From: an uncultured Candidatus Saccharibacteria bacterium
GTDB lineage: Bacteria > Patescibacteriota > Minisyncoccia > Minisyncoccales > CAYZYK01
Length of the DNA: 64,000 nt
Direction of reading: 5' to 3'
NCBI GenBank assembly: GCA_964507665.1
Contig: CAZDPT010000003.1
Span: 3,210-67,209 of the forward strand
Shown: positions 37,908-46,374 of the stretch, in pieces
Numbering within the stretch: the first letter of the stretch is position 1
How the letters are laid out: every line of letters begins with the position of its first letter
Translations under genes and position numbers: made by a program
Notes under the pieces: generated by a model
The model's database searches: none
What the model was told of the DNA's origin: nothing
What the model saw: only the letters and a program-made list of their open reading frames with translations

Positions 37908-39356
37908 ATGAAAAGAAAAACTCGTTTCTTAATAGTTAGTTTTTTTGTAATCTTTTTCCTTGTGGTTACCCCACAAATTATTCTTTATTCTTTAGGATAT
38001 AGGTTTGATTTCGACCAAAAAAAGTTCTTCAAGACAGGTGGAATTCATTTAAGAATAAAACCTAATAAGGTAAGAGTTTTTATCAATGGAAAATTTAAAA
38101 AAAGGACCAGATTATTCCTTGACTCAGTACTAATTACAAATCTTCTTCCTAAAAAACAGCAAATTTTAGTAAAAAAAGAAGGGTATCACTCTTGGCAAAA
38201 AACTCTGAAAATAGATGAAGGGAAGGTTACAAAAGCAGAACACATAATGTTATTTAAAAAAGACCCTTTAATTAACGTTTTCGGAGAAAATATTAAAACT
38301 TTTTATTTCTCTCCCAATGAAAAAAAAGTGGTATTGGAAACTATCCCAGAGAAAAGATTGGAAGTTTTAACTGTTGAGTCAGGTATTAAAAAAAATGTCA
38401 ATCTCAAACCCGATCAAGAATTACTGGATTTAAAATGGTCTCCTGGTTCTGAGAGATTTTTAATAAAAACCTCCCCAAAAAATAGCAAGACAGAGAATCT
38501 TTATCTCTCTTCTTCTCTAACAGACCCTAAACTACAAATTTCTCTTTTAAATTTGCCCGAAAAAGATTTAGGTCAAATTAATTTTAATCCTCAAAACCAA
38601 AACCAAATATTTTTCTTTCAGAGAAATAATTTATACGTTCAAGATTTAAACTCCAATAAAAAAATTCCTTTAAAAATTGCCGAAAACTTAGTTTCTTATC
38701 AAGTAACAGATAAAGATATAATCTGGCTTTCAGATTCTGGACTCCTCCATAAATTAAACCTCACAGACCTTACAGGTCTTAACATAGAAGAAAAACAAGC
38801 TCTCAATTCTGAAGTATTTCCTCTTAAAAAGGAAAGTTATTACAAGATTTTAACAAATAACCAATTAGTTTTCCTATTAGAATCTAACCAGTTATCATTC
38901 ACTTCTAACAACTCTATTTACTATAATCTTTTTTACCTTAATCCTGAAACAAAAACATTCCAAAAAATAAAAAATGATATTAAGAGATTTTCTTTTTCAC
39001 CAAACAAGGATAAAATATTTTATTCAACAGAACATGAAATTTGGTTCTCGGACTTAAACGATATCCTATCTTCTCCTCCCGATAAAGGAAAAATTAAAGA
39101 AATATTTTTAGTTAGATTTTCAGATAAAATAAAAAATTGTTTTTGGCTTAACCCCCATTATTTAATATTTACAGTTGGAAATGATATTAAAATTTCAGAA
39201 ATTGATATCCGTGATGGTCTAAATATTATAAATCTAAGCAAACTCTCCGATAGACCAACTGAAAAAACCCCAGAAATTTTCTTCAGTCAAGTCTACAAAA
39301 AAATATATATCTATAAAAAAGATTCTCTTTTTAGTTCAGAAAAACTTATACCTTAA
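37908..39356 (+). CDS. membrane-anchored hypothetical protein with a PEGA-like domain and a probable beta-propeller
   Basis: N-terminal TM helix, a PEGA-like stretch (VRVFINGKF...LLPKKQQILVKKEGYHSWQKTL), then repetitive beta-rich sequence. Confidence 0.6.
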   Translation: MKRKTRFLIVSFFVIFFLVVTPQIILYSLGYRFDFDQKKFFKTGGIHLRIKPNKVRVFINGKFKKRTRLFLDSVLITNLLPKKQQILVKKEGYHSWQKTLKIDEGKVTKAEHIMLFKKDPLINVFGENIKTFYFSPNEKKVVLETIPEKRLEVLTVESGIKKNVNLKPDQELLDLKWSPGSERFLIKTSPKNSKTENLYLSSSLTDPKLQISLLNLPEKDLGQINFNPQNQNQIFFFQRNNLYVQDLNSNKKIPLKIAENLVSYQVTDKDIIWLSDSGLLHKLNLTDLTGLNIEEKQALNSEVFPLKKESYYKILTNNQLVFLLESNQLSFTSNNSIYYNLFYLNPETKTFQKIKNDIKRFSFSPNKDKIFYSTEHEIWFSDLNDILSSPPDKGKIKEIFLVRFSDKIKNCFWLNPHYLIFTVGNDIKISEIDIRDGLNIINLSKLSDRPTEKTPEIFFSQVYKKIYIYKKDSLFSSEKLIP

Positions 39357-39927
39357 TAGTTTTTGAAACAAATTTATTCCCTTTAATATAAAATCTCCAG
39401 GGTCTTTGGGCCCATTCTTCAGCATAATCAATTCCTATTCTTTTTGCTGAGATAATCTTTGATTCTTTTATCTCCTCTCCTCTGTCTTCCAACCAGATTC
39501 TTTCACTTGCAGTTAAGTCTTCACCATCAAAAGATTTATTCAATTTCAGCCATTTTGTTAATTTACCGGGGCCCGAAGCAATTCTTGAGGCTCTAGCCTT
39601 TTCCTCAATCGGCTCCAAGGCTCTTATTAAAACACACTCGGGTTTCTCATCATCAGTAGTAATATTCAACTGCCAATGAATTCCATAACAAAGATAAATG
39701 TAAACATAACCTCCCTTTAAATATTCTGTCTTATTTCTAGCAGTAATCTTCCCACCATAAGCATGGGAGGCTTTATCCTCGGGTCCGATATAGGCTTCTG
39801 TTTCAACAATTTTACCTAAATAAGTTTTATTCCTATACTTTCTAAATAAATATTTTCCCAGAAGTTTCTTAGATACAGTCAGACTATTTTGGGTATAAAA
39901 CCCACGAAGAATTCTTCTTGGCTTCAT
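39346..39927 (-). CDS. mpg: DNA-3-methyladenine glycosylase (Mpg/AAG family)
   Basis: VETEAYIGPEDKASHAYGGKIT and VYIYLCYGIHW motifs; 193 aa. Confidence 0.88.
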   Translation of the reverse strand: MKPRRILRGFYTQNSLTVSKKLLGKYLFRKYRNKTYLGKIVETEAYIGPEDKASHAYGGKITARNKTEYLKGGYVYIYLCYGIHWQLNITTDDEKPECVLIRALEPIEEKARASRIASGPGKLTKWLKLNKSFDGEDLTASERIWLEDRGEEIKESKIISAKRIGIDYAEEWAQRPWRFYIKGNKFVSKTIKV

Positions 39928-39934
39928 AAATCAC

Positions 39935-39961
39935 AAAAAGCTCCAATAATGGAGCTTTTTT
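39935..39961. terminator. bidirectional hairpin terminator between the Cas4-like gene and mpg
   Basis: AAAAAGCTCC-AATAAT-GGAGCTTTTT: perfect 6-bp GC core flanked by A and T runs. Confidence 0.6.
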
Positions 39962-39985
39962 GGTTAAAAACAAATAAGTATTAAT

Positions 39986-40675
39986 TTATGCATTTTGTGA
40001 CTGAGATTCAATTATCTTTTTAAGATTCTTCCATTTCATTTTCCCGCCTTCGCCTAAATCACAAACCTCTCTGAAGGAACAATATTTACACTGCCAACTT
40101 TCGGGGTATCCTGGTATCCTTGAAGGAACAATATTGTTATCAATTTTTTCTTTAAGTTCCTTAAAATTACTTAAAATTAACTCAGCAATTTTTGGATTAT
40201 ATTCAACTTCAAACTCTTTCAAATTTTGTTTATCTTTACCTACATAAAGTAATATTCCTTTTTTAATTTTGAAAAAGTGAAGATATAATTGAAGTTGTCT
40301 AACATTATCTTCTTTGGGCTCTGTTATTTTGTTTAAAATCATACTATTCATACTTTTAATATCTAAAACATAGAGTTCATTATCTAAACTAACTATAGCA
40401 TCAGCTCTTCCTGAAACTATTTCTTGTTTAGGAATATTTATCTCTGCGGCCACTACTATCCCCAATCTTATCAGTATACTTACAATATTACGATGTAAAT
40501 ACTCTCCTCTTTCAAATATTCTCATAATTCGAGGGGGTTTCTCTTTGGCGGGAGCATTTTTAAATTTAAAAAAAATCTGACGAGGACACTTTCCAGCCTG
40601 GGAAACATAAAAATGATGCTGGGGTCTATTTTTCTGCTGGTCCATATAAAACTTATCAATGAGTTCCTTAAGCAT
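39986..40675 (-). CDS. PD-(D/E)XK nuclease with 4Fe-4S cysteines, Cas4-like (orphan)
   Basis: N-terminal Cys (AGKCPRQ), GRADAIV...VLDIKS (D...DxK), QLQLYLH (QxxxY), C-terminal CKYCSFREVC (Cx2Cx5C); 229 aa. Confidence 0.75.
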   Translation of the reverse strand: MLKELIDKFYMDQQKNRPQHHFYVSQAGKCPRQIFFKFKNAPAKEKPPRIMRIFERGEYLHRNIVSILIRLGIVVAAEINIPKQEIVSGRADAIVSLDNELYVLDIKSMNSMILNKITEPKEDNVRQLQLYLHFFKIKKGILLYVGKDKQNLKEFEVEYNPKIAELILSNFKELKEKIDNNIVPSRIPGYPESWQCKYCSFREVCDLGEGGKMKWKNLKKIIESQSQNA

Positions 40676-40690
40676 AATAAAAATAAAATA

Positions 40691-41233
40691 TTAACGTTTT
40701 TTCCACTGAGCTGCCCTTCTGGCTCGCTTCAGGCCATATTTTTTTCTTTCTCTCATTCTTGGATCCCGTGTTAAATACCCTGCTTTTCTGAGGCGTTTTT
40801 TAAAATCAGGATTAAATTCCACTAAAGCTCTAGCTAAACCGTGTCTTACTGCCTCTGCTTGAGCATGTAATCCTCCACCTTTCGCTATCACTGTAGTTCT
40901 GAACTTATTAGAACAATTCATTTCTTTTAGAGAAGCTACAGCTATTTCTTGCATCTCTTCTGTAGGAAAATATTCCTGGTAAGGTTTATCATTAATTAGA
41001 ATCTCTTTTTTGCCTTGAGTGAAAATCCTTACTCTGGCTGTAGCCGTTTTTCTTCTGCCAACTGCTTCGTAATATTTTTTAGAATCTTCTTCTTTCTTAG
41101 TTTTCTTTTTGCTAGTTTTTTTCTTTGTTTTTTTCTTTTTCTTTGATTCGGAAGCAGATTTTTTCTCTTTTTTTTCTTTACTTTTTTTAGTCTTCTTTTT
41201 TGTTTTTTTCTTTGTTTTTTTCTTTTTTGTCAT
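40691..41233 (-). CDS. rpsI: 30S ribosomal protein S9 with a ~55-aa Lys-rich N-terminal extension
   Basis: GRRKTATARVRI and the C-terminal ...KYGLKRARRAAQWKKR. Confidence 0.95.
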   Translation of the reverse strand: MTKKKKTKKKTKKKTKKSKEKKEKKSASESKKKKKTKKKTSKKKTKKEEDSKKYYEAVGRRKTATARVRIFTQGKKEILINDKPYQEYFPTEEMQEIAVASLKEMNCSNKFRTTVIAKGGGLHAQAEAVRHGLARALVEFNPDFKKRLRKAGYLTRDPRMRERKKYGLKRARRAAQWKKR

Positions 41234-41245
41234 ATTTTAAAACTA

Positions 41246-41656
41246 TTACTTTTTGCTAGCCTTCTTATTTTTTTCAGAAATAACACATTTTAACCTCTTA
41301 ATTTGTCTTGATCTGAGTTTGTTCTTGGGCAACATTCCATATACTGCTCTCTTTAAAACTTCAGCTGGATCTTGCTCAAAAAGTTCTTTCAGAGAAGTCT
41401 CTTTCAGCCCCCCTGGATAATCGCTGTGATGATAATACTTTTTATTATTAATTTTGTTGCCGCTAAGTTTTATTTTATCTACATTCTTAACTACAACAAA
41501 ATCTCCCATATCTTTGCGAGGATAAAAATTAACCTTGTGTTTTCCTCTTAATAAAACAGCAATCTTGGAAGCTAACCTACCCAAGATTTTAGCTGTAGCA
41601 TCAAGGGTGTGAGTTTCTCTATTTATTTTTGATTTTGTTTTAGTTTCAGCTACCAT
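41246..41656 (-). CDS. rplM: 50S ribosomal protein L13
   Basis: LGRLASKIAVLLRGKHK and GMLPKNKL motifs. Confidence 0.95.
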   Translation of the reverse strand: MVAETKTKSKINRETHTLDATAKILGRLASKIAVLLRGKHKVNFYPRKDMGDFVVVKNVDKIKLSGNKINNKKYYHHSDYPGGLKETSLKELFEQDPAEVLKRAVYGMLPKNKLRSRQIKRLKCVISEKNKKASKK

Positions 41657-41664
41657 ATTTAAAT

Positions 41665-42027
41665 TTATTTTACTAATTCAATAATGGCCATCTTAGCTCC
41701 ATCACTTTTCCTTAGTCCAAGTTTTAAAATCCGAGTATAACCCCCTTTTCTTTCTTTATACCTGGGAACTATTTCAGTAATTAGTTTTTTTGCTATTTCT
41801 TTGGGAAATTTTTTAGATATCTCTCTTCTGGCGTTAAAATCTGCCTTTTTTGCTTTAGTTATAATTTTCTCAGCAAAAGAAGATAATTCTTTAGCTTTAG
41901 CCTGAGTAGTTTTAATCCTTTCGTTTAAAATAAGGGACTCAGTCAAGGATCTTAACAATGCCTTACGTTGGTTTTTCTCTCGACCAAATTTTCGGCCTTT
42001 CTTTCTTTTACGCATAATTTCATTCAA
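41665..42027 (-). CDS. rplQ: 50S ribosomal protein L17
   Basis: RKALLRSLTESLILNERIKTT and GGYTRILKLG motifs. Confidence 0.95.
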   Translation of the reverse strand: MNEIMRKRKKGRKFGREKNQRKALLRSLTESLILNERIKTTQAKAKELSSFAEKIITKAKKADFNARREISKKFPKEIAKKLITEIVPRYKERKGGYTRILKLGLRKSDGAKMAIIELVK

Positions 42028-42952
42028 GAGTTAAATCTAGTTTATCTAACTCTCTTTTAATTTCTTTTAATCCTTTTTTTCCAAGACCTTCAAGTTCTAA
42101 AAGGGTATCTTTGTTCTTTCTCAAAAGGCCTCCAATTGTTTTAATACTGTTATCCACTAGTGCATTAATTGTTCTAGTAGATAAGTTTAAATCCTCAATT
42201 TTTATCTTAGATTTATCAGGAGTTTTTCTAACAGAAATCTTCTTCTTCCCCTTTTCTGCTTCTTTTTCACCAATTAAAGCTTCAGAGAATAAAGAAAAAT
42301 GTTTAATAAGAATTTGGCAACTTTCTTCAAATGCCTGCTCGGGAGTAATAGCACCATCGGTTTCGATATCTAACTTTAATCTATCAAAATCAGTTCTTTC
42401 CCCCACCCTCATATTTTCTACTTGAAAGTTAACTTTTTTAACAGGAGTATAAATAGCATCAAGAGGTATAGTTCCTATTTCTTGTTTTTTCTCTGTCCTT
42501 CGCTCTACTGGCTCATAACCTGTACCCTTACTAATTTTTACCTCAATTTCAAGAGTAGTTTTTTTATCAGTTAAAGTAGCAATATGACAATCGGGATTAA
42601 TAAGTTTAACTTGAGTGGGAAGATTAAAATCGGAGCCTTTTACTTCTTTCTCCCCCTTCTCTTCAAGTTCACCGGTATGAATTTCTCCCTCAAAGATTTT
42701 AAATCTTAATTTTTTCAGATTCTGTAATATTAAAATAGTATCCTCAAGAACTCCACTCATGGTTGAAAATTCATGAGAAACTCCCTTTATTTTAACTTCA
42801 GTAATAGCAGCTCCGGTAAGAGAAGAAAGTAAAACTCGACGCAGAGCATTCCCAATAGTAACTCCATAACCAGGATACAAGCCTTCTATTGTAAAAACGA
42901 CTCTATTTTTATCTTTTTTTTCTATTTTAGGTGAAGAAGGTAAAGGAATCAT
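42020..42952 (-). CDS. rpoA: DNA-directed RNA polymerase alpha subunit
   Basis: GYGVTIGNALRRVLLSSL and a C-terminal HhH domain (LNLSTRTINAL). Confidence 0.95.
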   Translation of the reverse strand: MIPLPSSPKIEKKDKNRVVFTIEGLYPGYGVTIGNALRRVLLSSLTGAAITEVKIKGVSHEFSTMSGVLEDTILILQNLKKLRFKIFEGEIHTGELEEKGEKEVKGSDFNLPTQVKLINPDCHIATLTDKKTTLEIEVKISKGTGYEPVERRTEKKQEIGTIPLDAIYTPVKKVNFQVENMRVGERTDFDRLKLDIETDGAITPEQAFEESCQILIKHFSLFSEALIGEKEAEKGKKKISVRKTPDKSKIKIEDLNLSTRTINALVDNSIKTIGGLLRKNKDTLLELEGLGKKGLKEIKRELDKLDLTLE

Positions 42953-43009
42953 ATTTTTTACTTCGGTAATTCTTACTATTTATGAAACAGCAAAAAATTC
43001 CGAAGTTAA

Positions 43010-43639
43010 TTAACGTGAGTAAAATTCAAAAATAACTGGAATATCTGCGGGAGGAGATGCCTCTTCAAGATTAGGTTCTCCCACAATCTCCAGTTCCAGT
43101 TCCTCTTTATTAACTTTAAGCCAAGAAGGAGCTTCCTTTTTCTTAAGTAAAATTTTAAGTTCTTTTAAAATATTTTTTTGTTTTTTTTGTTCTTTAACAG
43201 AAACAATATCCTCTTTTTCTACTTCAAAAGAAGGACTATCAACAGGCTTCTGATTCACCAAAAAGAAACCATGAGAAACTAATTGTCTGGCTTGTTTTCT
43301 TGATTTAGCCAGCCCTGAACGGAAAATTACATTATCTAATCTCTTTTCAAATTTTTTTATTAATTCCTCCTCAAGGTCTTCTCCTTTTTTCTTACTATCC
43401 AAAGTCTTCCTAATATATTTTTTGAACTGTTCTTCAGATAAACCATACCAATTTCTAAGTTTTTGTTTTTCTCTTAATTCCTGACCAAAACCTGAAACTC
43501 GCCTTCTTCTTCTTTTTCCTTTAGTTCCAGGAGGATAAGATTTCTTGATTAGGGCACATTTAGGAGAAAAACAACGATCACCTTTTAAAAAAAGCTTCTG
43601 GCCTACTCGTCTACAAATTTTACATACATTTTTTTTCAT
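43010..43639 (-). CDS. rpsD: 30S ribosomal protein S4 (zinc-finger type)
   Basis: CKICRR...CFSPKC N-terminus and an S4 RNA-binding domain (RLDNVIFRSGLAKSRKQARQLV). Confidence 0.95.
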   Translation of the reverse strand: MKKNVCKICRRVGQKLFLKGDRCFSPKCALIKKSYPPGTKGKRRRRRVSGFGQELREKQKLRNWYGLSEEQFKKYIRKTLDSKKKGEDLEEELIKKFEKRLDNVIFRSGLAKSRKQARQLVSHGFFLVNQKPVDSPSFEVEKEDIVSVKEQKKQKNILKELKILLKKKEAPSWLKVNKEELELEIVGEPNLEEASPPADIPVIFEFYSR

Positions 43640-43641
43640 CT

Positions 43642-44094
43642 TTAAACTCTTTTTGGTTTTTTAGGACGACAGCCGTTATGAGGAATAGGAGTTACATCTT
43701 TAATCGACTCCATTTTTAAACCGTGGGCAATTAAAGACCTCACAGCTGATTCTCTACCCGAACCTATTCCTTTAACTAAAACGTGAATTTTTTTAATTCC
43801 TAATTTCTTACAAGCATTAGCTATAGTTTCCCCAACTCTGGTTGCAGCGAAAGAAGTACCTTTCTTGGTGCCACGGAATCCAATTGACCCTGCACTCCTC
43901 CAAGCCAAAACATTCCCTGCCATGTCAGCCAAGGTAATTAAGGTATTGTTATAAGAGGAAGAGATATAAACTCTTGCTTCTTTCAACTCTTTGCTTGCTT
44001 TAGTCTTAATTTCCTTTTTGGTCTTTTTTTCTATTTCTTCTCTCTCTTTTAAAATTTCTTCTTCTGTTTTTTTAACAACGTGTTTTTTTCCCAT
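43642..44094 (-). CDS. rpsK: 30S ribosomal protein S11
   Basis: SSYNNTLITLAD, GFRGTKKGTSFAA and the C-terminal HNGCRPKK. Confidence 0.95.
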   Translation of the reverse strand: MGKKHVVKKTEEEILKEREEIEKKTKKEIKTKASKELKEARVYISSSYNNTLITLADMAGNVLAWRSAGSIGFRGTKKGTSFAATRVGETIANACKKLGIKKIHVLVKGIGSGRESAVRSLIAHGLKMESIKDVTPIPHNGCRPKKPKRV

Positions 44095-44140
44095 AATTTA
44101 CATATTTTTCAACAATTCAAACAAAATGAGAAGAAACAAT

Positions 44141-44530
44141 TTATTTTGGAGTAGAAGATTTATTTCTTCCAGAGCCCATGGTTTTTCTTACATTTCCACG
44201 AACAGTTCTTGAGTTAGTTCTTGTTCTCTGACCTCTTACCGGTAAATCTTTTTCATGACGAATTCCTTTCCAACAACTAATATCTTTTAATCGCTTTATG
44301 TTCGTCATTTCTTCTCTTCTAAGTTCTCCTTCCACTTTGTGTTTTTCTTCAATAGTCTTTCTTAACTTATTAATTTCCTTTGAAGTCAGATCCTTAGCTT
44401 CTTTTTTTAAATCAATTTTATTATCAGTTAGAAGTTTCTCACTCAAAGAGCGCCCTATTCCATAAATGTAAGTTAGGGCTATCCTAATTTGTTTATCTTC
44501 TGGTATATTTACTCCAGCAATTCTTGGCAT
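44141..44530 (-). CDS. rpsM: 30S ribosomal protein S13
   Basis: MPRIAGVNIPEDKQIRIALTYIYGIG. Confidence 0.95.
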   Translation of the reverse strand: MPRIAGVNIPEDKQIRIALTYIYGIGRSLSEKLLTDNKIDLKKEAKDLTSKEINKLRKTIEEKHKVEGELRREEMTNIKRLKDISCWKGIRHEKDLPVRGQRTRTNSRTVRGNVRKTMGSGRNKSSTPK

Positions 44531-44560
44531 AATTAAAATTAATTTTTAATAAAATATAAA

Positions 44561-44674
44561 TTAACCCTGTCTTTGTTTATGTTTAGGGTTTTCACAAATT
44601 ACATAAACCTTTCCTTTTCTTCTTACAATTTTACATTTCTTACAGATTTTTTTAACTGAGGCTCTAACTTTCAT
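44561..44674 (-). CDS. rpmJ: 50S ribosomal protein L36
   Basis: Hand-translated 37-aa ORF missed by the track: [37 protein letters not shown]. In the conserved slot between infA and rpsM. Confidence 0.92.
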   Translation of the reverse strand: MKVRASVKKICKKCKIVRRKGKVYVICENPKHKQRQG

Positions 44675-44805
44675 AAATTAGAAAATATATTAAAAATAAG
44701 ACTCTGAAATTTAGATTCCAGAATTTAAAAACTATCGAGAGATGTTCCAAAAATAATAATTTTGAATTGAAGAGATTCAATCTCCAACAAAAATCTTTTC
44801 TAACT

Positions 44806-45063
44806 TCACTTCAGGCGATATACAATTCGTCCCCTTTCTTGATCATAGGGTGTCATTTCCACTTTAACTCGGTCTCCGGGCAAAACTCTTATTCGATACA
44901 TTCTTAATTTTCCAGCAAGAGAGGCTAAAATTTTCTTTCCATCATCCAATTCTACCCGAAAAAGAGCATTTGGTAAAGCCTTCAACACCTTTCCCTCTTT
45001 TACGGTTATTTTTTTACTCTTTTTTGATGTTCCTTTTTTCTCTTTTTTATTGGAAGGAGTCAT
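44806..45063 (-). CDS. infA: translation initiation factor IF-1 with a Lys-rich N-terminal extension
   Basis: S1-like core [52 protein letters not shown]. Confidence 0.93.
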   Translation of the reverse strand: MTPSNKKEKKGTSKKSKKITVKEGKVLKALPNALFRVELDDGKKILASLAGKLRMYRIRVLPGDRVKVEMTPYDQERGRIVYRLK

Positions 45064-45108
45064 TTTTAATACTTTTCATAATAGCAAATTTAAATAGATT
45101 GGTCAAGG

Positions 45109-46344
45109 CTACTTTATCTTAAACTTAACATTAATTCTATCTTTTCCACCAGGTGCTTTTCTGACCCAAAAAGGCCAAAAATTTACTTTAATCTCAGATA
45201 TTTCTTCTGAAAATTTATTATAAATTGACTCTTCTATCTCCTGTTGCGATTTTCCTTTAATTAATTCTACTAAATCTTTACTTTTAATGTTAGGATAAAC
45301 TTTTGTTGAAAATTTTAAATTAAGAGAGATTCTATTTTCCCTTAAATTAATTAATTCTGGGGTATACTCTATTTCTAAACTCTCCTCATAAATCTTTTTA
45401 GAGGTAGGTATCTTAGAAAAAATATATTCTTTCACAAAGCTTTCCAGCTCCTCCTTTTTAAATATTAATACTTTCCCTTTTGCTTTACCTTGAACACTAA
45501 ATTGTTCGACTAAATCTTCTGGTTTTACCATTGGAGAAATCTCTGTAATTTGTTTGGAAATAGCATCTTCCAATAGAATAAAATCAGAAGAAATTTTATT
45601 CCTTAAAGAAACATCAACATCAGTCAAAAGCTGCTGAGTTAAATCTTCTCCAGCCTTCTTTAAATCCTCTTCTATTACTTGGCTCTGTTCTTTTTCAAAT
45701 CCCCCCTTCATTGATTGAGTAGATTCCCCAGTTACAGTATGGTAATAAGAAGTTCCCGCTAATCCTGGAATAGAAAATTCAGAAGGTCCTATATTATAAT
45801 CTTCTCCTGATTTAAGAGCTACCACCTCAATCTCTGTCCAACTGGGAACAAGTTCTCCTCCCTTTCTGGTTGCAGCTGGAATATAAATACTTTTTGGTGA
45901 AACAAAATATTCTCCAGATTCTGATAAAAACTTAGTCTGAGGAACTAAACTAATAGGAGTGGGAGGACTATATTTGTTATAAACTCGAATTATCCCCTTT
46001 GCTTTACCCGCATTTTCAACAACTCCAGTTGCTGGAAATTCTTTCCAGAGTTCTTTTTCTTCTTCCAAAACCTTCCCTGAAATAGCCTTCTTTAAAATAT
46101 CAACTTCCTCAATTCTTTCATCTACGATTACTTCTTCTTCAAAACTTAAAAAGTTAGTTTTAGGAAAAATCTCAATTTCTGCTTCAGGAAGTTTAAAATA
46201 TAAGACAGAACCCAATAAAAGAATTAAAAAAACCACTCCAATTAAAATTTTGGGTAAAAGAGATTTTTTATTTTCCTTTTGGCTTAAAATTTCTTCTTTT
46301 TCAGCTGCTTGAGGTGGAATAATATCGTGAAATTTTTTTGGCAT
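45109..46344 (-). CDS. membrane-anchored hypothetical protein (tentatively baseplate-J/gp47-like, as often annotated in CPR genomes)
   Basis: N-terminal TM helix. The central stretch (LVPQTKFLSESGEYF...IEVVALKSGEDYNIGPSEF) resembles what I recall of baseplate-J-like proteins. Weak. Confidence 0.5.
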   Translation of the reverse strand: MPKKFHDIIPPQAAEKEEILSQKENKKSLLPKILIGVVFLILLLGSVLYFKLPEAEIEIFPKTNFLSFEEEVIVDERIEEVDILKKAISGKVLEEEKELWKEFPATGVVENAGKAKGIIRVYNKYSPPTPISLVPQTKFLSESGEYFVSPKSIYIPAATRKGGELVPSWTEIEVVALKSGEDYNIGPSEFSIPGLAGTSYYHTVTGESTQSMKGGFEKEQSQVIEEDLKKAGEDLTQQLLTDVDVSLRNKISSDFILLEDAISKQITEISPMVKPEDLVEQFSVQGKAKGKVLIFKKEELESFVKEYIFSKIPTSKKIYEESLEIEYTPELINLRENRISLNLKFSTKVYPNIKSKDLVELIKGKSQQEIEESIYNKFSEEISEIKVNFWPFWVRKAPGGKDRINVKFKIK

Positions 46345-46374
46345 ATTATATAAAAGATTAAATTATAATCAAAA

